From contig JBGAHS010000001.1 of the NCBI GenBank assembly GCA_044226015.1, forward strand, positions 544,001-608,000: a stretch of 64,000 bases of DNA. The letters run 5' to 3'. Numbering within the stretch: position 1 is the first letter of the stretch; every line of letters starts with the position of its first letter. The stretch is from Candidatus Obscuribacteraceae bacterium. Lineage in GTDB: Bacteria > Cyanobacteriota > Vampirovibrionia > Obscuribacterales > Obscuribacteraceae. The position numbers were made by a program, and so were the translations under genes. Positions 30,901 through 38,616 of this stretch are shown one piece after another. The notes under the pieces are model-generated. The model made no database searches. It saw only the letters and a program-made list of their open reading frames with translations, and was not told where the DNA came from.

Positions 30901-32309
30901 CCAGCAATCGAAATATCGCCGCCGCTGTTAACAAAAATGGGGTCACCACTTATGGTGTTATTTCCAAGTGTAAGATTTGCTGTGTTGGCGGCTAAGTGTT
31001 CAATTCCTGCTATTGTATTTAGCTTGCCGCAAATGTTGTTGACGATGCCTTCGATGTCTCCTGATCCAGAAAATATGTTCAGGTTTTTTGAATAGTAGTC
31101 GCCGCCAAGCAAGTTGGTATTTGCTAGCGCTGTGAAATCTGCCGTTCTGATATTGATATTGTCGGCTGCTCTGAAGACGCCTCCGAGTGCAGTAATATCG
31201 ATGTTATTTTGCAGTGCCGTCGCGATATTAATGCTGCCCGTCTTTGATTCTATAAGTCCTGAGTTGATAATTTGTCCGCTGCCTATAGATAGGTTGACGT
31301 CACCTGCATGGCTGCTAATCTGCCCAGTGCTTGTATTGGTGAACATTCCGCCGGTGAGAATCGTTAACGCACCCGAGCTGCTGATTGAGCCACTGTTTGC
31401 AAAATCCATGGCTGAGTTCAAAATCAAATTGATTGGCGAATTAGATTGCGAGAAAAGCGAAGAAATAACTCCGCCCGATTCATTATTGATATTCTTTGCT
31501 GATACTAGCGCTGTTGCTCCACCTGTGGCGCTTGAAACGAGATTGATGCTTCCGTAATTTACTAGCGAACCAGTGACTTTAAAGGCACCGTTTTTTGAGA
31601 CATCGTCAATTGCGGTAACACCGCTTGCAATAACAAGCTCGTTAGCTCTCAGAGATCCACCGCGCGCTGTCAAATTATCCAGGCTGATGGTACCACCCAC
31701 AGCTCGTCCGCTATTATCGAGCACTAGCTGTTGAGCCCCTGTGTTCAATACTTGTTTAATCGAAAAATACTCTGCGGCAGTTACTCGAGAGCCCGCGGCA
31801 AATGACTTGTTGTTTCCACCTTCGAAAATGGTGATAACGGAACCTGCCTTCATTAGCTGATTGCTAAGAACTACGTTCGTGTTTGCAGAACTGAGGTCGA
31901 AAGACATCGCTTTGTTGGAAGCAAACTGTGCTGACTGATTCAAGTTTGTCGATTGTGGAGTGATGAAGCCTGTAATCTTGTGCGAGTTGTATGCGTTAAA
32001 GCTTCCCGCTAAAACTGAACTGACACCGCTGGTGATACCGTTGTCGCTGCCGCCGTTCTGACTAATGTTTACGGGATGCAGAGCAGGGCTATATCTAGGA
32101 CCGCTGCTGGGCGCTCCGTTGTTTAACACACCCTGCAACACCGATGAGCTGGCACCTGGTCGCTGCATCGAACCCGTCGTCAGTCCTTCTGCCTGGGCCG
32201 GAACCATCGTCATGGGATATATGCCAGCGGACAGCGCTGCCAGCATGCTCGACAACCTTTTTACCTTCAAGGTTTGTTTCTGTCCGTCATAACGTACGTT
32301 CTTTTTCAT
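21972..32309 (-). CDS. Giant (~3445 aa) secreted Gly/Ser/Thr-rich beta-repeat surface protein (haemagglutinin/adhesin-like)
   Basis: CAGGAG RBS before ATG at 32309; signal peptide ending PAQA; repeated beta-strand modules; two poly-Gly blocks; globular C-terminal domain. Confidence 0.85.
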   Translation of the reverse strand: MKKNVRYDGQKQTLKVKRLSSMLAALSAGIYPMTMVPAQAEGLTTGSMQRPGASSSVLQGVLNNGAPSSGPRYSPALHPVNISQNGGSDNGITSGVSSVLAGSFNAYNSHKITGFITPQSTNLNQSAQFASNKAMSFDLSSANTNVVLSNQLMKAGSVITIFEGGNNKSFAAGSRVTAAEYFSIKQVLNTGAQQLVLDNSGRAVGGTISLDNLTARGGSLRANELVIASGVTAIDDVSKNGAFKVTGSLVNYGSINLVSSATGGATALVSAKNINNESGGVISSLFSQSNSPINLILNSAMDFANSGSISSSGALTILTGGMFTNTSTGQISSHAGDVNLSIGSGQIINSGLIESKTGSINIATALQNNIDITALGGVFRAADNINIRTADFTALANTNLLGGDYYSKNLNIFSGSGDIEGIVNNICGKLNTIAGIEHLAANTANLTLGNNTISGDPIFVNSGGDISIAGTNTFGENVAIIASGNIIGLDNSASIVSPGFDILMVAGANVTSINGGSSVTAIPPSTSSVSSVTISGPSSTGGSIDLTSNTTGAAIDTHSTTSGGNVTLAAFANGGTSGYVKLNTATNSINTTGNPGLFSSGGNGGNVTIIAGGSDSISVAVSTGSITTSGGRDSHSGNISILAAQPIVNSDTPGQASIVLPGNLNSADNSSITASSSLTQNAQIKAGDLITAGGGANILDQASNGADGGNINVHAHGSVNTGSLQAYGGGGSGAQFNFGAQGGSGGSGGTIDVSSSIGSLSISGDVNASGGGGGASYQFAGGTGGASGNITLSAGQALTSTGPILAAGGGNGGGDGSALYGGGGGAFGGGGGAVGGLTNPASGGGGYFGGGGGGLLGSGTGGGGAFGGGVGPGDPGVFGSGGGQFPLPGGNFGQGGPGGAGGSSVLSGSNGADGTVTLSAGTISVTSTIGTHYPASGFSSSPFAADSIAAGKIVLNSASTTAAGKYDAKQVTVNTTGAGTVASLTDIDFDTISFNGQSLALISSMGIHGNSIDLSSLSSGGGNLTLIANSNYLPLGSFGTTTNPDLLTTFNSFQSSFGSSSIVIGSISTSGTSQGGNVTVANYEGTTSISVIDTHASKGSAGSVEILGPGVTLGTINATGQIKGNVSITATHPIAAPGTTVLQGMLTGSFSSGAPSGSISIVSIDAGAVFLASGPAGSISSPGGLAVTADSINVQAGIGGIGSPTAPFGVSAGFIHGSTSGDAYVQNQSQYSTLGSFSAAVLDITAGNDLAVSGTIATTQLALSSNSTLQISNLSQLSATSGAYLRSAQIVNNGAVDPGTAKALALDSNGNLSLAGTGSFKLSGAGSALSLSAQGTISLDGIFNNTAFFPSSKGISFLAVAGQNIIQNTGKAQTLDTSGSSASGSLSLIAGAQYTINSSTPGTMTVTGASNSGGSILLASTSLNASSSSGAGGQIILAAYGKSTTDGVGFINIANVTSTGNSSGGSITVIAGASSSGSDTLVAQNISSIATAPGGGGNVQLLMFEPDVSGGISFSNGVAQSSIGVGSSQLGSILTSDITTSSGSVQLKGSGAVTVNSIITAGLGGKSVNGANATSGSSGGSVLIDVGGNIAVTSNVLSFGGGGGGGFGGGTSAGAVGQQGGAGGSGGNISINSDTGSIQIGANVNSSGGGGGGGGGGGAQNGAGGVAGAGGTAGKISITAAQGVNIAGSTFALAGGDGGIGGAGGSTQSNGGGGGGGGGSYGGGGGGGGGGYGITSQNGVGGGGGAGFFGGGGGGGGNQANLANGGGSGGSYNAGGSGGSGDSLKAGTPGSPGLSNAGGNAGTFNIAIVAGVGGVGLGAPGTGGSGGGTTTAQGIKGASGSKAGTSGNGDISISTGAGGVSVGPVNGAQINLNSTKSNISFSGDITASTGISVGIDQQGLLSSSNGSSLISSNIRLISTLSGKDGDGSGNFGTLSNRINLSNGNGSINLDLKTSGAAYLGLKSASSLNNAKASTLLLSSSSSIAFDGSNNATDITIYTDKVTVNSGASLNGSQVRIQGATVNGSFGNGKAMFLDNSGQITSSGDIFVTGALGQDVQITGNASGVFSSVNNGSINFIAQGNNQTGTYPSLEFASTTQFVFNGTPAGTVNLTANSGDSSSVTIDGNVVLDFQTNNTTVYLNTNKLVTGNSNSTIELHPATNPQSKLIFASNSGATIANSSGPIDLSKLPTLQYSSNLTILSAGDIINTGADNLTLNLSSSAGHGYNLTLIAGYTFLPSTSGTAGPDQTQYTLNQSGSGSILLNTSGHAVNIDTTGTLGGGDVTVVAHGGTAVLKDITTSGGNLNSGNITIMGFGVKANSLNTSATLLSNSGSITIRSGSVTQTNAPVVVSAGAISKGGFTVSDGNLAQDISIAGTVNAGQNSMALYTGGPSNYKISLASNPLAHQITLDAGFGTIDISAFPSSQLTAATDASQNGGTLVIAASNVISKSLPLILDASGTGSGNGGKVIYNLNSAAAYTLNENNLQVSTSGVNGGSFSFSAGGNLTVNPSASLFNLGPSSSTGTGASLSLTAGSKSSGNLLVTAPLTFASGANGGNGGSVYLSSNSSTAFLLNQSASAKITNGIKGLITISNGSTALGTGVISVSNRGGAITTGTQPLTSPGTVMLDTSGAAKGTISVGSQLGSASTVEIQIKAGGTGTISLKSPVQANTVRLTTETGSINGIKVNTSNLFANSSASINLTSTGSAALNLGASSATGSSSTFTLLSSSTINTSGSITAGKSVTLKTSTSGKDINVGEKISATSLGGTISLTATGTGSINTTSTQAISATTVSLVSASGNLGTPIGALIVQTSNLSANSTGTANILNTGAVPVTLKSATSASDFTLYSGAGIINNASISATKITLDSTSSVGSIVLNKPVGGKTTTFVTLSTTTGDISGTGLLKASSDLILSSSFGNIGSSKTALNLAAAVFSANTGTAGLVNLKNSNKTAMVLNNSSAGGSFTLNASGPLTLNSISTTNGSITVIAAAAGLLQTAVSAQILAAGTNKSAPSVITLENSNSTAGSILIGAAGTIATSGVGGGNVNIIIGTLSKTPVQGTAPSNLPPANITESGGGKIFYGTNGIKIGGVPSAVFLNAIGKNVIFNTGKLPASAITVNGGSPTTITADPPLASLSLAVPTSSTPAIASPLHSTQQSNNHSTAGNSISSGIPNLTQSAALNGTSGGQKSSVNISMPAEMNALSTVFADTQIVSRTATTNALVKQATSNGADIASEKTRALFGGISKDESSSFIDKVQSASISAEVYSDLDLGIESIHEKQNLSIEEGKFLLAPSKDLELKIPQGTISIKAGAVVLLSSNSEMISIFDLHDTAAGSVKINSAFGSYHLAPGMHLTLAPQFMGEFAELNKLEAISHRNLSSQNLGNGWKLHSSEFSVLSTISAVKPLRTMLTTERPQARKLLNSILKTTAVTLNMNKGKGPYQQYSRPLSAMK

Positions 32310-32959
32310 TTTGGCTCCTGGCAAACCGCCACACGCGTTGCACAAATGCGTTCATGCATTTGTTTTGTATCTACGAAAAATGAATCTCCTGCTCGAGGAT
32401 TCTCCGGTGAATCCAGAGTGACCCATCCTCTGAACATCAAAGGTCAATGATAAAACACCGCAGATTAAATGGTAAGTACTTTGTAGCAAAATTTGCGACT
32501 TTCTTAGCGTATTTCCGCTAGGGTCTCCGCGGCATATCCGTAATCGCTTCGAGATTGCCATGAGCAGTTGCGGGCGCCCCGAAATAGTCATTCCCTCTGG
32601 TTTGTAATAGGACCAAGAGCATTCGTTTGCGCCAGCGCTATTAGAGCATTGTGCTTTAGAACAGAAAACTTACCAACTCTGCGCTAATAGAGCTCTCTGT
32701 CAGGCACCCTCATGTGTCCCGCAGTGTGCCCCTTTTCTCTTCTCAAGGAGCAAACCGCACGTTGTCATCCCAGCTCCAAAATTTTGAAGCAAATCGCGCT
32801 AACCATAAATTGTTAAATGGAAAACAATCCTGAATTCACCACGACATGGGGGCACATCGCGCAGCCAATGTATCAACATGGATTCTGGCAGAGTTCAGCT
32901 CGCTTGTGCTGTGCTCGCCAAGCCACAAGTAAGCTAAGCTATCAGTAATCGCGTTGCGT

Positions 32960-33268
32960 TTATTTTTTCTCGCAGGTTTTATCAGTGGCTTTCGCTAAAG
33001 GAATAACGACAGCTGGGTTTGAGCGAGCTAGCCTGAAAATTTGCAAAGACTCAGAGCCGTCCGCACTTTCGCTGGAACTTGTGATCGTATAGGGACGCCA
33101 TCCTGATGCTTCACGTGTCTTCTGAACCAGGCTTGGCCAACCACAAGAACCAACTTCTTCCAGCAGATGGCGCGCTGTAATGCCGTCGCCCTCCTGAAGT
33201 GATTTGTTCAACTTGTCAGCCTGCGTATCAGTTACTTCGAAATTTTCTGCCATTCTTGCTACCTGCAA
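32960..33268 (-). CDS. Hypothetical protein
   Basis: 102-aa ORF co-directional with, and downstream of, the Ehr operon; no recognisable motif. Confidence 0.5.
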   Translation of the reverse strand: MQVARMAENFEVTDTQADKLNKSLQEGDGITARHLLEEVGSCGWPSLVQKTREASGWRPYTITSSSESADGSESLQIFRLARSNPAVVIPLAKATDKTCEKK

Positions 33269-33368
33269 TCTTCCAACGCCTGTTTTGAGAATACACTTTC
33301 TTTCAGCTTCGGAAATGTGTATCTTACGCAGGTTTTGGGCTGTGGCTGGGCCGATTTATTTCAAAAAA

Positions 33369-34133
33369 TTAGCCCTTGCGCCTTCTGCCAGCAAGCTGCC
33401 GAGCAGCTTGAAGTCCTCTCAGAAGCTGCAATGGATGCGGAGGACAGCCAGGAATGAACAGGTCGACGGGCAGAATACTCTGAACTCCGTTAGCCTCAGC
33501 ATAGCCGTGTTCGTGCATGCCCCCTGAGATAGCACATGTACCACATGCAATCACAATTCTTGGGTCTGACATTGCGTCATAGCAAGACAATAATGCGTGA
33601 TGCATTGCTTTTGGTACTGGTCCTGTGACCACCAGAGCATCTGCATATCTTGGTGACGCCACGACGTGAATGCCAAAACGTTCAGCATCAAAAATAGGGT
33701 TGTTTGCTGCGGACAATTCTAAGTCACACGCAGAACAGCCAGTCGAAACTACTCGAACAGCAAAAGATGATTGAAACAATCCTCCTTGCGCAGCGCTGTC
33801 TTCGGCTGCTTTGCTTTTGCTGCTAAAAAGTAAATCTTCTCGTTTGAAGGCATATGTTGCTGTTGAAAGGTCGTTTGCAAAAATTTTCTCGGGGCAAGTA
33901 TCGATGCATTGCGCACAGGTTATGCACGCCCCCCTATCGACTACAATGCCACCGCTTTGATTTTGCGTGATTGCGTTTGTAGGACAGAGATCGATACATT
34001 CTGTGCATGAGTCTTTGCAATCATCAGATGTGACAAGTGGAAATCCCAGAAGTGACTTATCCTCCAAGGTTTCAGGAAGTTTCTTGTTGGTGACCACACC
34101 GTTCTGAATCAGGTAAGAGAGTAGGCGAAGCAT
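33369..34133 (-). CDS. Ehr small subunit: 2x[4Fe-4S] ferredoxin (NuoI/HyfH-like) fused to a NuoB/HyfI-like domain
   Basis: CxxxCxxCxxxCP and CxxCxxCxxxCP, then GCSAC, SPRYAD.LVVTGP, GTCA, PGCPP. Confidence 0.9.
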   Translation of the reverse strand: MLRLLSYLIQNGVVTNKKLPETLEDKSLLGFPLVTSDDCKDSCTECIDLCPTNAITQNQSGGIVVDRGACITCAQCIDTCPEKIFANDLSTATYAFKREDLLFSSKSKAAEDSAAQGGLFQSSFAVRVVSTGCSACDLELSAANNPIFDAERFGIHVVASPRYADALVVTGPVPKAMHHALLSCYDAMSDPRIVIACGTCAISGGMHEHGYAEANGVQSILPVDLFIPGCPPHPLQLLRGLQAARQLAGRRRKG

Positions 34134-34143
34134 TTTTTTTACC

Positions 34144-35616
34144 TCACAGGTCGTGGCCGCTATAGGACAGTGCGAAACTTTTATTGCATATTGGGAAATC
34201 TGCCACCAGGTTGTTGCGCACAGCGATGGCGAGAGCGGTCCAATTGTTTACGCTGGGATCTTTTATGCAATATCGTTTTATTGCTCCGTTTGAGTCAGTG
34301 AATAATAGATGAATCAGTTCGCCGCGGTGGGCTTCTGTGATGCCTACAGCAACTGCATTTTTTGGCAGGGTTTTCAGTGCAGGGGGAATTTTAAGTGTTG
34401 AACAATTGATGTCCTCCACAAGCAATTCCAATAGATTCAAGCTAGATTTTATTTCTCGAATTCGAACCTTTGCACGTGAGAAGACATCTCCATTTGGCTC
34501 GGTCACGAGCTCAAATTTCTCTGCAGGAAATTTGCCATCACTGTAAAACTGTCTGCAATCGTAATTCACTCCTGAGGCACGAGCGCCAACTCCCACTATG
34601 CCGAAATCTAGAGCAAGTCTCTGAGATACCTTTCCGACTTTGTCCATTCTGTCGGCTAGAACTTGATTGTCAAAGAAAAAATCAAAAACCGGTCCGAGCT
34701 TCTTTCGCAAATCAGCAGCCGTTTCTTTGAACTCACTCAATGCCTCTTTTGATGGAACACGAGTAACACCGCCGGGGCAAACATAGGCGCGCATAAAGCG
34801 ATTGCCGCCGAGCAATTCACCAAGTCGCAGGGCTATACCCCTTAGTCTTGCCATTGAAGATGATATCGCAAGAAAACCGACGTCCCCAGCCAGTCCACCA
34901 AGGTCTGCAATGTGCATCGCGATTCGCTCTACTTCGAGTGCTGCGTTGCGAAGTAGAGACATGCTCGCTGGCACGTCGATTTCTGCTAGTGATTCCAGTA
35001 CTGTGGCGTTTGCCAGTGCATTGGCGACTGCCATGTCACTTGCAGTGGCTTCTGCCAGGAAGCGCGTCTTTGCAATTGGCACCTCTGTCATGCGTTTTTC
35101 GACACCTCGATGAAGGTAGCCCAATCTTATTTCCAGATTGAGGATGATTTCACCTGAGCAACTAAATCTAAAATGTCCCGGCTCGATGATGCCAGCGTGA
35201 ATTGGACCCACCGGTATCTCATAAATGCCTTCGCCTTCGACATCGAGAAAGGTGTACTTGCGATCATTGGCTGTGCGTTCAAGCTTTGCCAGGGGAGGCG
35301 GCACAAAAGCAAAGGGCTCATGCAGGTGCGTGTGTTTGAGCCTTGGATGTCCCTCTGGCATCAGTCCAAACATATCCCAGATAGTTCTTTCAAACCAATG
35401 AGCCTGCGGAACAGATGGAGTGATGGAATGATAGTTGTCGCCTGTGATTGGCGTTTCAAAGCACTGAATATGGTGCTTCTCTGGCGAAACTAGCAATGTG
35501 ATAAGTTGGCTTCCATCAATTGAGGTAATGGCTGCAAGTCGATTGCCAGCACCAAGTTGAGATTTGATGGATGACGTTCTTTCATCTAGTTCGAGATGTT
35601 GTAGCTCTATTTTCAT
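34144..35616 (-). CDS. Ehr large subunit (HycE/HyfG-like, NuoC+NuoD fold), no NiFe ligands
   Basis: GPIHAGIIEPGHFRF, GYLHRGVEK, EAHRGE, KDPS; C-terminus DFPICNKSFALSYSGHDL instead of DPCxxC. Confidence 0.9.
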   Translation of the reverse strand: MKIELQHLELDERTSSIKSQLGAGNRLAAITSIDGSQLITLLVSPEKHHIQCFETPITGDNYHSITPSVPQAHWFERTIWDMFGLMPEGHPRLKHTHLHEPFAFVPPPLAKLERTANDRKYTFLDVEGEGIYEIPVGPIHAGIIEPGHFRFSCSGEIILNLEIRLGYLHRGVEKRMTEVPIAKTRFLAEATASDMAVANALANATVLESLAEIDVPASMSLLRNAALEVERIAMHIADLGGLAGDVGFLAISSSMARLRGIALRLGELLGGNRFMRAYVCPGGVTRVPSKEALSEFKETAADLRKKLGPVFDFFFDNQVLADRMDKVGKVSQRLALDFGIVGVGARASGVNYDCRQFYSDGKFPAEKFELVTEPNGDVFSRAKVRIREIKSSLNLLELLVEDINCSTLKIPPALKTLPKNAVAVGITEAHRGELIHLLFTDSNGAIKRYCIKDPSVNNWTALAIAVRNNLVADFPICNKSFALSYSGHDL

Positions 35617-35620
35617 CTTA

Positions 35621-37042
35621 CTACCACAGTAATTTTGGTGCGGATGTTAAGCCGCAAATGATACTCAGCAAAATCAAAATGGCAGGTATGATACTCGATT
35701 GAATGACTGGTAGAGCCACCACACCTTGCTTCGGAGTGCCTGAGACCATTTTTCCAACGTGCATTGTCACAGAAAGGAAACTCAGCACCAGGGCGATAAG
35801 CAAGACAGCAACAACGCCCCACATATTGTGCTCGGCTCCATTTGCAAGCAAAAGCCACTCTGCTGCAAATGCACCGAATGGTGGCGCTCCTGTAACTGCA
35901 AAAGCGCCCAGCAAAAGACCTATTGCCCAGGCAGGGTTTGCCGCGAATAGTCCTCTGATCTCATTAAGTGATTTTGTTCCAGTTGCTTGAATTATATTGC
36001 CTGAAAGGAGGAACAAGGCAACTTTTGGTGCACTGTGATTGAGTGCCAAAATAAATAAAAGTGGACCAGAATCCAGCCCGATTGCAATTAGCATCAGTCC
36101 TGCGCTCTCTATACTCGAATATGCAAACAATCGCTTGATTCCGTGTTGTCTGATCAAGAAGATGCTTGCCATCAGTACAGTTATTACACCCATTGCGATA
36201 GCCGTGTTTTCTATGAGAATCTTGTGACCTGAAGCGAAAACTATCTCGGACACGCGGAAGATTGAAAAGATTGTGCAGTTCAGGAGTCCGCCCGAAAGCA
36301 TGGCTGATGCTGGCGCTGGAGACTCCGAGTAAGCATCTGGAAGCCAGCCGTGTAAAGGGAAAATTCCAGCTTTTGTGCCGTAACCAAGCAGGCAGAACAG
36401 GAATCCTAACCGTAGCAAAGGATACTGAAGATGTTTTGCATTGCTAATGAGGGTTTGCAAATCGAGAGAACCCTCCGGCGTGGCACCATATTGGCTGGAA
36501 GCGAAAATGCACATCGTTCCGAACAGTGCAAAGGCTATGCCCACGCTGCAAATCATCAAGTATTTCCAGGCGGCCTCAAGCGCGTGCTTATTGCGGTGAA
36601 AATAGACGAGCGGGGCTGAACAGAGGGTCGTAGCTTCAACGCTAATCCACAAGAAACCAAGATTGTTGCAAAAGAATACTGAGGTCATCGCAAGCAGAAA
36701 TAAGGTGGCGCAAGTATAAAAGATACGCAGCTGTATGAGCCTGTCGCTTGCCTGCTCATCGTCTCGTTGAAAAAATAGATGAGCATGCGTCATAGACGAC
36801 GCCACCACAAGTTGTATCAGAACGCAAAAGCTGGCACCCAAATGCGAAATGCTGAACTCTTTAGCAAGTGTGAATTCAGGTACTGTGCCGCTGAGCACCG
36901 GCATGAGGACATAAACGACTATTCCCATTTGCACCCAGAACAGCAAAGCTGAAAGGGAGCTTATGATATTAGTTTGTTTGATTGTCCAAACAAGTAGCAA
37001 TATCACTGCCGGTATGACTAAAAGAAGAGGAAGTGCTGGCAT
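35621..37042 (-). CDS. HyfF-like proton-translocating membrane subunit
   Basis: WISVEATTL, EAAWKY, GYGTKAG..PLHGWLPDAYSESP. Confidence 0.9.
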   Translation of the reverse strand: MPALPLLLVIPAVILLLVWTIKQTNIISSLSALLFWVQMGIVVYVLMPVLSGTVPEFTLAKEFSISHLGASFCVLIQLVVASSMTHAHLFFQRDDEQASDRLIQLRIFYTCATLFLLAMTSVFFCNNLGFLWISVEATTLCSAPLVYFHRNKHALEAAWKYLMICSVGIAFALFGTMCIFASSQYGATPEGSLDLQTLISNAKHLQYPLLRLGFLFCLLGYGTKAGIFPLHGWLPDAYSESPAPASAMLSGGLLNCTIFSIFRVSEIVFASGHKILIENTAIAMGVITVLMASIFLIRQHGIKRLFAYSSIESAGLMLIAIGLDSGPLLFILALNHSAPKVALFLLSGNIIQATGTKSLNEIRGLFAANPAWAIGLLLGAFAVTGAPPFGAFAAEWLLLANGAEHNMWGVVAVLLIALVLSFLSVTMHVGKMVSGTPKQGVVALPVIQSSIIPAILILLSIICGLTSAPKLLW

Positions 37043-37045
37043 CAG

Positions 37046-37699
37046 TTACTCCTTCAAGTCGGCGAGCATTGTCACATCAATGTGCTCGAAATTCTTCTTG
37101 ATTCTGAATGCAATCAAACCTGCAATCATCACGCCTGCAAGCACATCGAGGAAAATGCCGGTTTCAACAAGCAGCGGCATGCCATGTGTTTGAGTCAACC
37201 CAAAAAGATATATGCCATTTTCTAGAACCAAAAATCCGATTATCTGGCTCAGCGCAATTCTTCGCGTTAGCATCAAGACCAGTCCAGTGCAAACCAGAGA
37301 TATCGCCGAGGTGGCACTTGGCCAGCCAGCTCCGCTAAGAGCAGGAACAGGAAGTTGTTTAGCGAGAATATATGAAAGCGCCATGAATCCGATGGATAAG
37401 TGCATCGCCAGTGGTGAAGCCAGGAGGGTACCGCTATCTCTTTGAACATCTACCTTACGAATGATGAACATCAAAAATACGGGAATGCCTATGGCTTTAA
37501 TCGCATAGAAAGCGACTGCAATCAGATACAAATGTGTGCTTGCTCGTTTTGCCGCAAAGAGGGCTGTAACAATTGCCAGCAATATTGTTTGAATCGAAAA
37601 CATTGATACATTCAGGCGTAAATGCGTTGAGCCCACCATTAGGGCGGCTACTACTGCCGAGAGCAAGCAAATCAAGTCTATGGAAGATAGGTGCGTCAT
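37046..37699 (-). CDS. HyfE-like membrane subunit
   Basis: GFLVLENGI, P.LVETGIFLDV; ATG at 37699 overlaps the upstream stop (ATGA coupling). Confidence 0.88.
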   Translation of the reverse strand: MTHLSSIDLICLLSAVVAALMVGSTHLRLNVSMFSIQTILLAIVTALFAAKRASTHLYLIAVAFYAIKAIGIPVFLMFIIRKVDVQRDSGTLLASPLAMHLSIGFMALSYILAKQLPVPALSGAGWPSATSAISLVCTGLVLMLTRRIALSQIIGFLVLENGIYLFGLTQTHGMPLLVETGIFLDVLAGVMIAGLIAFRIKKNFEHIDVTMLADLKE

Positions 37700-38616
37700 A
37701 TGATTGTTACTCCTATTGCCACAAGAGAAGCGATCAGGGCAAAGGTCAGAGCGTAAGCGATGAACTCTGGTGCTTTGCGCCAGTTGAGTTTTACCACCAG
37801 AGACTCGAAGACGCCGACAGTTAGAGCCACGCTGCAGGTCGCCGCAATGCTTGCCAGCGACAGTTGCCAGTGATTGAGTCTTTGTATTGATGACAATGAA
37901 TGAAGGTAGCACTGAGCTGACAGACCAAACAAAATCGTCAAGCGTAAGCAATGTCCATATTCGAAAAGCGCGAGGTTTTTTCCTGAAGCTTCAAGAATCA
38001 TCGCTTCGTGAACCATCGTGAGTTCAAGGTGTGTGGTCGGGTCATCGATTGGCATTCTGGAGAGCTCTACCAGGCTTGCTAGCAAGAAAGCTGTTGCGGA
38101 CATAACCCAAATAGCTGGATTGCAATTGGTTTGTGCAAAAATCACGTTCAAGTCTGATGAATGCGCTGACACAGCTAATGCAGCCAGGCTAAGCACCGCT
38201 GCCGGTTCTGTCAAAAATGAAAGGGTTGCTTCTCTGCTAGCTGCAAAGGCTCCGAAGGCAGAGCCTGTGTCCATAGCTGCTAGCATTGTCACAAGTCTGA
38301 TTCCAGCAAACATGTACAAAACCAAGAAAAGATCACACGGTCCCAAATTTGGTTTCGGCGATATCCAGGGCAAAATCATTGATAAATAAACTGAGCCAGC
38401 GACACCAAATGCAGCTGAGAAACGAAATACCCATGATGCTGTTTCGCTCAGTGTTTCGTTTTTTCGAAGCAACTTTACGAGGTCTAGCAACGGCTGCCAG
38501 ATAGGTGAACCAACGCGGTTTTGTAATCGAGCTTTTGTTTTGCGAAGCAGACCCAAAACCAGCCCAGGCAAAATCAGCGTATAAACAAGTAAGCATGCAA
38601 AATCGATGCTTACCAT
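37696..38616 (-). CDS. HyfC/HycD (NuoH-like) membrane subunit
   Basis: KARLQNRVG.PIWQP..DL.KL, GAFAASRE, RMPIDDPTTHLELTMVHEAMILE. Confidence 0.9.
   Translation of the reverse strand: MVSIDFACLLVYTLILPGLVLGLLRKTKARLQNRVGSPIWQPLLDLVKLLRKNETLSETASWVFRFSAAFGVAGSVYLSMILPWISPKPNLGPCDLFLVLYMFAGIRLVTMLAAMDTGSAFGAFAASREATLSFLTEPAAVLSLAALAVSAHSSDLNVIFAQTNCNPAIWVMSATAFLLASLVELSRMPIDDPTTHLELTMVHEAMILEASGKNLALFEYGHCLRLTILFGLSAQCYLHSLSSIQRLNHWQLSLASIAATCSVALTVGVFESLVVKLNWRKAPEFIAYALTFALIASLVAIGVTII

Noticed and set aside
22501..32292. Many plus-strand ORFs (Pro/Leu/Val-rich) in the ORF track
   Set aside because: Antisense shadows of the Gly/Ser-rich giant gene
21972..32309. Giant protein as the cargo of the ABC-HlyD-TolC system
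   Set aside because: It has an N-terminal Sec-type signal peptide, no RTX nonapeptides, lies 9 kb away, and I saw no copy of the shared operator upstream
32520..32615. Canonical cobalamin riboswitch call
   Set aside because: Only short motif words match; the P4 T-loop and spacing do not fit, and the downstream gene is unrelated to B12. Kept only as part of a structured-leader finding
37700..37951. N-terminal extension of the HyfE-like ORF (likewise the extensions of hyfC, pheS, arsR2, dabA)
   Set aside because: These overlap upstream genes or operators; downstream ATGs have RBS or translational coupling
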